DNA of 64,000 nt from Proteromonas lacertae (Eukaryota). The stretch covers positions 124,001-188,000 of the forward strand of contig NGBS01000873.1 in NCBI GenBank assembly GCA_002245135.1, written 5' to 3'. The translations under genes and the position numbers were made by a program. The notes under the pieces are model-generated. The model saw only the letters and a program-made list of their open reading frames with translations. It was not told the DNA's origin and did not search any database. This document shows, piece after piece, positions 55,301-64,000 of this stretch (positions are counted from its first letter, which is position 1; the number at the start of each line of letters is the position of its first letter).

Positions 55301-58300
55301 AGAAGATATTTATACATATAAATCGTATGGTAAACCCAATCCATGGTCTTCTACTTACAATATGAATGGGAAATATATTTGTGATTGGAATACTTCTAAT
55401 CCTGATAGAAATGAAACAATCCAAGTTGAAGCTATTAATATTGCAATAATATTACCATTGACTAGTATTACATTAGGTGATTTTAGTACAAGTATGCTAG
55501 AAACAACCATTGGTACTTTATTAAAGATAAATGATGAAGGAGGTGTTAATGGATTGATTATAGATTATGATGTTTTTGATACTGGTAAAGAAACTCAAGC
55601 TGAACTTGATATGGTTGCTAAGAAGATATTAAATAGTAAGAATATAGTTGCTGCTTTTGGTTGTTTATCTGAAGAATGTAAAGATACAATATCAGGTGTA
55701 ATTAAAACGAATGATATTGCATTATTTTATCCTGGTTTAGCATATGGACAAGAATGTAATAAGTATGTATATTATACCTCAACAGTTACAAATCAATATT
55801 TAGATCCACTTATTACTTATTTAACCACTTATCTAAGTGATAAACAAGTGTTATTAATAGGTGATACAAGTAGAGGATCAGGATATATAACTGAAATTTT
55901 GGACAATCAATTTAAGAATATAATGAATATTGCTGATATAATAATGCTAGAACCAGTAGATGAAGCAATTCAAGCAAAAATAACACCAGTTATAAACTCA
56001 TTACCAAATGGTGCAATTATTATAACTTATGTTCAAATAACTAATTATATTTCGATTGTTAATACATTAGAAAGTACAATTTATTCAAGTGGTTTATTTT
56101 CAATTTATGCGATAGGTATTCATAGAGATGCATTGAAAAGTATTACTACTTCAACATTAGTTGATTTGTATTTCATTTTCAGTTATTTTTCTGAATTTAA
56201 AGAACATGATCCTTATAAAGATAGTTTAGGCACTTATACTGGAAGAACAGATACATATACTACAGGTAACTCATTGTATATTTCTTTATATTTATGGAAA
56301 GCTGGTGTGGAAAGAGCTAATTCATTCAAAACTGATTTGGTTAGACCAAAGTTGTATAATGTAAAAATAGAAGGAGGAGCTGGATTTGTTGAATTATTGC
56401 CAAGTCATTATTTAACCAATCCATTCTTTATTGCTAAAGCATCAGTTAGTACTAATTCATTTTCTTTGGTATATAGTCAAACTATAGTAATTCAACCAAT
56501 GCCATATAATTGGAATATAGAAACTACATATGGTAAAACATGTAACTTCTTAGAAGATAAACCAGAAAAAACATCTATTCCATTAACAGTTATTGTAGCA
56601 GTATCTGTGACAGGATATAATAATGAAATGGAATCTGGTATTTATAACATTATTAATATGTGTATTACTGATTTAAATCACGATAATAATGGCTTATTAA
56701 ATACTCAATTGTATTTAGAAAAAGCAGATATTGGTTCAGATGATAATGTATGTATTGACACTCTGCGAAGTTTATTCAGTAGTACATCAGCTAGTATTAT
56801 TTTTACTACAGCCTCTGAATATTGTTTGAATGTGTTGATGAATGATGCATCAAAAGCTGATATTCCAATATTCCATGTTGGTTATACACCAGGTGAATCA
56901 TGTCATTATGAAGTAGTATATGGTAATAAGGATCCAAATGTTATTGAAAGAATTATTGATGTAAATTTCCAAGCATTTGAAGAATCAACTTATTATTACT
57001 CAATAGTTGGTAGTAGTGATCCTGCCAGTTCAAATTGTATAGAATATGCAAAAAAGTATATAGATTATAAAGGAGCATATGTGTATGTAACAAGTAGTTT
57101 AAATCCTGATACAGTAACAACTCAAAATGTGGATTCTGTTGTTAAAAATATTCAAGGTCAAGCTCCAAATGGTTGTTATATTCTTTTCTTTGGAACTCCA
57201 AAATTACATAAAATGTTAGATGACTCATTAAAGAAGCATTCAATGAGTTATGATAAATATCCAATACTCTCTTATTCTACAGGTGAGATAATGAATAATT
57301 ATGAAGATATTGCACCATTTATATCTGCTCAATCATTCTTTCCTGAAAGTCATCTATCTAATACAACATTATATGATCATATAAGAGAATATACAACAGT
57401 TCCATTAACAGAATATATTGTTAATTCATATGTGTTATTTCAAATGTGGGTAAGAGTAGTTGAACAAGAACATGAATTGAAATGGAGTAAAATTCGTACA
57501 AAAATGTATGATGTTCCTTTTAATGCACCTGAAGGAGCTATTCAGATCCATTCAAACAATTATCTTGATCATCATCTTGAATTAGGAAGATATAATCCAC
57601 AAACAAAGAAATTCGATATATATTATTCATCATCCAGTTCAATTGCTCCAACACCATGGAAAAGATTCATTAATGAAGGAAGATTTATTTGTGATTTTGC
57701 TACTTCTACTGCTGGTGCTAGAAAAAAACAATCTACAATTACAATTGGTTTATTAGCTTCGTATTCTGGTGATAATTCTATCATGGAAAGATCAATTGCT
57801 GAAGGTGTTTTTTATGCTGTTAATTTGATAAATAGACAAGGTGGATTGTTAGGAAATCAATTGATTGTAGAAATAAGAGATCCAGAATCAAAGACAGAGT
57901 TATATATAGAATATGCAAAAGAATTATCACAATTAGAAGAAGTAAAAGCTGTTTTTGGTGGAGGAAGATATTCTGTACAACAATTAGTTGCTCCTATTTT
58001 AGATACATACAAATTCCCATATTTCTATCCAGGCATATCAGGTGGTGAAATATGTTATGAACATTTATTCTCAACACAATCAACTGTAAGTCAAATATCA
58101 ACTGTTTTGTTGAAATATGTTTATCCAGAATTTGAGAATATGATTATTGTCACACAAAATACATCATTTGCTCAATTATTAGAAGAATCGGTTCATTCAA
58201 TGGCTGAAATTGTACATACAATTGTATTTGGCCCTTATTTATATCCAACTCTCGATGAATTATATTCATTAGAACCAAGTTTTATTGAAAATGCAGCAAT

Positions 58301-59502
58301 TATACTATTAGCAAATGCTGAAGATTATTCAAGTATAATCAATACATTGTGTGATCATAACATTGTTGCTTCAAAGGATAATATATATGCAATTACTGCG
58401 GATGGAAATAGATTAGCTGCTGTAAGACCTGAATGTATTAGAGGAATTAGAATTATTACTACTTTTCTAAAAGAAATAGGTGAAGATAGACTAGAAACAG
58501 GATATATGGAATCTGCAGCATCATTTGTAACTGATATAAAAGATAATTATGGTAATTCGGTGGTTATAACATCAGCAATGGAAGCTGCATATTCTGCAGT
58601 GCAAGTTTATGCAGATGCTGTTAAAAGTTCATATACAGATGATCCAGAATTAGTTACTCAATTGTTATGGGGTTATAGTATGAATACACCAACTGGTACA
58701 ATGAATATAAATTATAATGGGTATGCAAGTAGAGTATTCTTTTTGTGTGAAACTATAACATCTACTGATTTTAAAGTTATTCATTATTCTTCAGCAGCCT
58801 GAATATCCTGATGCTTATAATCAATATATTCAAAGAGAATTATGGTGTTGTTTGTGATTGGACAGATGGAGGTGATAAGTATAAGTTAAAATCGTTAAAA
58901 GTTGCATTTGTTCATGAGTATAATGTTTCTGCATCTGCAATGGAAGTAGAAATAATGATTCAAGAGTTTAACAAGATTAGAGATATCAATAACAACAAAT
59001 TAAATGGATATTTCTTAGTTCCATTAATGTATTTTTGTTCAACTGATGAAGACTATAAATTGATGTTGGATGAATTAGAAAATGAAGAAGATTTATCAGT
59101 CGTTATTGGGTGTAGAAGTGCAGGTTGTCGTGATAAAGTATCTGAGAGAGTAAATGCTATGAATGTGTTATTTTTATATACAGGAATAAGTGTAGGACAA
59201 AAATGTTCTAAGAATCTAGCAACATTTGGTACAACAGCTACACAGAAATCTATTCCAATCATTCAATATTTAACTGAACAAAATTTCGATTCTTTTATAT
59301 ACATTTCAACAGATGAAATTCTTTATGATACTTATTATGATATACTCATTTATGATGTTCAGAAATATTCAAATATAACTAAAATGCCGAGAGTTACAAT
59401 TCCTTCAAAAAAAGTAACAAGTGAAGATTATAAGAATGCAATAGCATCAATATTAAGATATTCTACTGAAAATCGTATAGCAGGTATACTATATTATTTA
59501 TA

Positions 59503-59535
<33 letters not shown>

Positions 59536-61240
59536 TAAATAGCATTCTACTATATGAATGGAGAAATAGGAAAAGCTTTTCTTGATGAAATGATAAAAGA
59601 AGGTATAGACTTTAGACAAGTAGTATTAATCTTAATGAGATACTCTCAAGCTGATTTTGAAGGTGATTATTTAAAGAATCTCTCAGGTGCATTAAGACCT
59701 GCTTCATTTGCTCAAGATCTTGAATCTCCGTTATCAAGATCATTTATCAGTGATATGAGAGATGGGATGGGATATGATAGTATTATTACAGAAGAAATGG
59801 AATATGTAGATTCTGCAATAAGTATATGGGAAGTAAGTATGGAAAAGAGTGCAACTGATAGTGAAAAAGATAATCCACCAATTGAATATGTTAGATTGAA
59901 TATAATTGATAGAGAAATATCAGCACCATCAGGAACAGTGAGTTTAGATAGTAGTTTGTATATTAGAAGAAGTATTTATGTATTAGAAGTGAATGATAAT
60001 GGAGAATTTGTTCAAGTATATCCCCAAACTGGTTCAACTATTATGTTTGATCCAGAACCATATCCAAAGACTGGAACTCCACCAGAATGTAATTTTGGTT
60101 TAGAAGTGAAGTATTTTGAATATAGTAGTTCAATGGTTGGTATAAGTTATGGATTAATGGCAATATCATGTATTTTGTCAATATGGACATTATTGTTTGT
60201 ATTTGCTTCAAGAAATAAGATAATTATTAGAGCATTTGGAAGAGCTTATAATTTTGCATTTGCTATACAATTGTTGATGCTTGCTTTATCGGTTATACCA
60301 ATGGCAATTCCTCCAACAGAAACGAATGGAATATGTAAAGCAAGAGTAGTTATATTGGCAATATGCGTAAAAGGAATAATTGGATTAATGTTATGTAAAA
60401 CCTACAAAATATATAGGCGTGTAAGAAGATTAAGACAGAAAATAATGAGAACAAAAATATCATTTGTTAGAGTGTTGTTATTCTGGATAGCTTTTGAATT
60501 TGTTGAAGCAATTGTCTTGATATTATGGTTTTCAATTGATCCTAACGAATATCAAGCAGTATATAGTCAGAAGTATAGTGAGTATTTCTACAGCATGTAT
60601 ATAAGAGAATGTACAGTTTCAACTCCTTTTATGTATATATATATTTATATACTATTATTTATTATTGAATAGTGTTATTCAATTAATAACAGATGGTTTA
60701 CCTACTCTCTTTTTAATTTACATTAGTTATAAGATAAAAAATGCAGCTAATGAACATAATGAAAGTATAGGATTATTTATTTCTTCAGCTGCAATTGATA
60801 TCTTTTTTTTTATTAATGATTTATTGATAGTATATTCTTAATTAATATTTTTACCTCTACTTGGAATTATAATGGTTGCTTTAGATTTCAATATTAATAA
60901 TGAACCTGATAGTGTATTGCTTTTAAGAGCAATGGGAATTGAAATAACTCAGATCATATTGATATTACTTCAATATGGATTAAAGTTAGTGAATTTGTAT
61001 ATCAATGAAGATGCAAATCGTAATATATCTTCTGGAAGTCAATATACTAACATGAGTGCTGGAAGTATGAGTAAGTTGTCAAGAACTCAATCAATGTCAC
61101 AATCTTCAGCATTTAAAACAACTCATATGAAATCAATGTTTACTCAATCAGCATTAACTAATACTAACTTAACATTAAAAACACAGAATAATCCAGGTGG
61201 AACTACATTAACAAAGAATAATGCAGCTGTAAAGAATTAA
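49346..61240 (+). CDS. Giant class-C-like GPCR: signal peptide + ~9 tandem periplasmic-binding (Venus flytrap, UrtA/AmiC-like) domains + 7TM
   Basis: Signal MSFLFFSLICLLPIYA; repeated modules with IN..GG..G, FYP…GxEC and TP.G.V motifs, each ending C[DN][WF]; hydrophobic helices at ~60130-61000 including CKAR, KTYKIYR and HNES. ORF pieces are joined by introns and a few apparent indels. Confidence 0.85.
52125..52189 (+). other. U12-type AT-AC intron (65 nt)
   Basis: 5' ATATCTTTTT, branch TCTTTAAT, 3' TTTTTAC; removal joins QCYQNILQ to FGRLPQHYAFSVLAYSY in frame with ORF 52223. Confidence 0.88.
60798..60854 (+). other. U12-type AT-AC intron (57 nt)
   Basis: 5' ATATCTTTTT, branch TTCTTAAT, 3' TTTTTAC; removal gives the TM helix GLFISSAAIALLGIIMVAL in frame with ORF 60872. 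Confidence 0.88.
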
Positions 61241-61390
61241 TAAAATAATTTATATAATATAATATATTTTTTTATTTACTTAAATACTCACATTCATATA
61301 TCAACAAGAAAATCACATTTTAATTTTTGGGTTATTCAAAATTTTGATAAAAATCTAATTTCGTTATTTTTGTTATATATTTACATAAAG

Positions 61391-63527
61391 ATGATAAAAA
61401 AAGTGAATAAACGCATAAGAGAAGAGGGGTATATTTTATATTTATTTTTATGATAGATTATGTCGAAAATTGGTTGAAAATGGTTTTGGTGATATAGGAG
61501 TGAAGATTGGAGATAGCCGAATAATGTCAATCAAATCAATTTTAGTGAATGGAAATGAAACTGTAAAGAAACTGCTGTTAGATCGTGAGTTTGTTGGAGT
61601 TTTGGAGTTATATGAAGAAATCGAAGAAATTGGCTATTATGAGATGGAGAAATACTACAGTGGTGGTGAACTGATAATGTGTAAAGAGAATGCGTGTGAA
61701 GTGTTGATGTTTTGTTTATGTTATTGTGAAAAAGAGATAATAAATGATTGTTATGAATTTGTGAAGAACAATATAGATGAAGATGTGTTAATGAAATTAA
61801 TTCACATATGTAATGTATTTGGTGGATGTTTGAGAGAGATAGAAGAATTGAAAAATATGGAAATAGAAAAGCGAGGATATAAATATTTATATAAAAATGA
61901 ATATTTGTTGAGATTAGAAATGAATAATTTGATAGAGATATTAAATATGAGAGATGTGATAATAGTGAATGAGTTATGGTTATTAAATCGGTTATTGGAA
62001 TGGTATAAATTCCAAAAGAATAAGAAATATGATAATAAAGAGATAGAAGATGATTTTAAACAATTGATAGAAGAAGATATCGATGTAGAAAAGATAAAAG
62101 AGAAAGAGATAGAAAAAGAGAATAAAGAAATGTTGAAAGAAATGAAAATAGAATTAAAGAAAAATGAATGTAAAAATCATATAGAAATATATTTAATAAA
62201 AGATGAGAGAATTCAAAATGTAATAATGAATAATTACAATGAAGATAATAAAGAAGAAGACTTTAATGAAGAAGAAAGAAGAATATTGGATAAGATGAAA
62301 GAAGAAGAATTGAATGATGAAATACTGTGTATATTAGAAATGGATAATATAAAAATGAGTGAAATAGTATTGATGATAATGAAATATAAAAATATGAAAA
62401 AGGAAAGTATAAATACTAAAAATATATTTAAATAGAATATATCTCAAATATAGAAAAGAGAAATCTATTGGAAAGATTATGTATAGAATATAATGAGAAT
62501 AAAAGAAATCGAACAATGAAATGTTTATATTTGTTTGTTGATGATAAGAAGAATATTTCAATAATAGAAGAAGTATGTGGAAAAGAGATTCTTTATAGAA
62601 TATTGAATGAAGATTATTATTTAAGCTCCAAATTCATAGAATTAGTAATAGAATATATAAAAGAGAATAAATTGAGTTTAGAAGAAGAAGAAGAAATGAT
62701 TGTAATAATGAAAGATAAAGAATTATTGGCAGAATTAAAAACAAAAGAAATCACATCATTTTCATATCCTCAATCAGAATATTCATTTATATTAGATGAA
62801 GAAATGTCAATAATTCCTTCATTTGATGGAAATCGATGTGAATTTTCAATCAATCCTTCATTGCCAGATGGAATAATGATAAATAAAGAAAATGGAATAA
62901 TTAATGGAAAAGTGAATAAAGAAATAAAAAGAGAGAATATGAAATAAGTTGTAAGAATATTGTAAATGAAAAGAAAATCAAAATATCATTAGAGTTTGAA
63001 GAAGGAAAATTCACAGAATTAAACAAAAGTAATGGAATATCAATATCAAATAATGCAAAAATAATAACAAAAACAAATGGTCTTTATAATCATTGTTATT
63101 TGAATTTGATAATGGAAAATGGAGTTTATCATATCAAATATCAATTTCATCAAAATAGGAAATTATTATGATGGTAATGATGTTAGGATTATCAACTGAA
63201 TAATACATATTCTGGTAATTATATTGCATGAATCAACCAACAACATGTAATTATGTATGCTCATTATGAGATAAAAGTCAAGTTATATTACTAGAATATT
63301 GTCATATTGGAAGAGTTGTTAATGAAAATCCAAATTTCAATAATCATGGAGATGGTTCAATTTATGAAGTGATTGTTGATATGAATAAAAGAGAATTTTG
63401 GATAAGTCATAATAATTCATCTCCTGTTTTACTTGTTAAAGATTTACCTTCTCCATTATATCCATATGCTGAATTATATGGTGAAAACACTTCAGTTGAA
63501 TTATTATCAATTTCTCATCAAATGTGA
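61391..63527 (+). CDS. BTB/BACK-like + putative Ig + SPRY-like protein, copy 2
   Basis: Paralog of 23509-25640 with the same intron positions (61429-61456; ~62407-62435); frameshifts in the 3' third. Confidence 0.65.
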
Positions 63528-63719
63528 ATTTTTCTAACATTTTCATTCTATATAATGTATTGTTTATTTTATTCAAAAACAATGAAAATATAAAAATAGC
63601 TCGAATTACTATTTCAAAGGCTTGATTATCATTTTAATAAAAAACAAAATAAATAAAATAAAATAATAATAGTTTATTTATACTACATATTTCCACTTAA
63701 TCTCACACTCATTTCTATA

Positions 63720-64000
63720 CTACACTACTTTCAGGATTAACTTTCTTACTTTTGTTTAGTTTGTATTTATAAATATAGAATATCATTCCTAAAATACATC
63801 CTATTAAAATTATTGATCCAACAGTAACTAAACTTATCAATAAAGCTGGTGAATCTTTTTTATTACTTGATTCGTTTGATTGTTCTTCTTCCTCCTGTTA
63901 TTTCAACATCCGCTGTTGTGATAATATGTTCTTCTGGAGTAGTAAAAGTTGTTGTTATAGATGGTGTTGTTGTTGTTGTTGCTTTTTCTGTAGTTGCTGT
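63720..64000 (-). CDS. 3' end of a mucin-like type I membrane protein (partial)
   Basis: Thr-rich stalk (ATTTTTPSITTTFTTPEE), TM ALLISLVTVGSIILIGCILGMI and a basic tail ending ESSV*; small indels. Confidence 0.6.

Noticed and set aside
55270..55321. Frameshift between the 620-aa and 1172-aa ORFs as a programmed frameshift or gene boundary
   Set aside because: It falls inside a module, has no slippery site or signal peptide, and similar single-base indels occur throughout the window.
58798..58835. ATATCCT next to an in-frame TGA in the receptor gene, suggesting a U12 intron or readthrough
   Set aside because: The stop precedes the motif, there is no branch site or AC acceptor, and another frame reads EYPDAYNQY, matching the P..[WY] linker of other modules. 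Small indel errors explain it better.

Overview
A very AT-rich, gene-dense eukaryotic (protist) nuclear region with many tiny (~24-45 nt) GT-AG introns and intergenic gaps often under 120 bp. This, together with the cilia/centriole genes, fits a flagellated stramenopile such as a Proteromonas/Blastocystis-lineage organism (inference). Scattered single-base frameshifts look like long-read indel errors. Recognisable genes: DASH Ask1-like, ZNF706-like, CCP6/AGBL4, THADA, CDK5RAP1/MiaB, PDCD7 (U11-59K), a PH protein, GMP synthase, an HMG-box protein, a GARP/SHAQKYF Myb, ZMAT5 (U11/U12-20K), riboflavin synthase, CCDC57-like, GalE, cyclin Y-like and LSM7. Highlights: (1) a giant (~3,800 aa) class-C-type 7TM receptor whose ectodomain is about nine tandem UrtA/AmiC-like periplasmic-binding (Venus flytrap) modules; (2) four compact U12-type introns (three AT-AC, one probable AT-AA), three with variant 5' splice sites, in the same window as two minor-spliceosome-specific genes; (3) unusual fusions: pseudokinase-5xMLLE-RRM, importin-alpha-like ARM-pseudokinase-LRR, cytidine deaminase-SAM-EF-hand, Tim21/Coa1-like-thioredoxin and secreted kelch-TM-RING; (4) a recently duplicated BTB-Ig-SPRY gene pair 38 kb apart that appears to diverge most in the SPRY region. 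All family assignments come from motif recognition by eye, with no database search.
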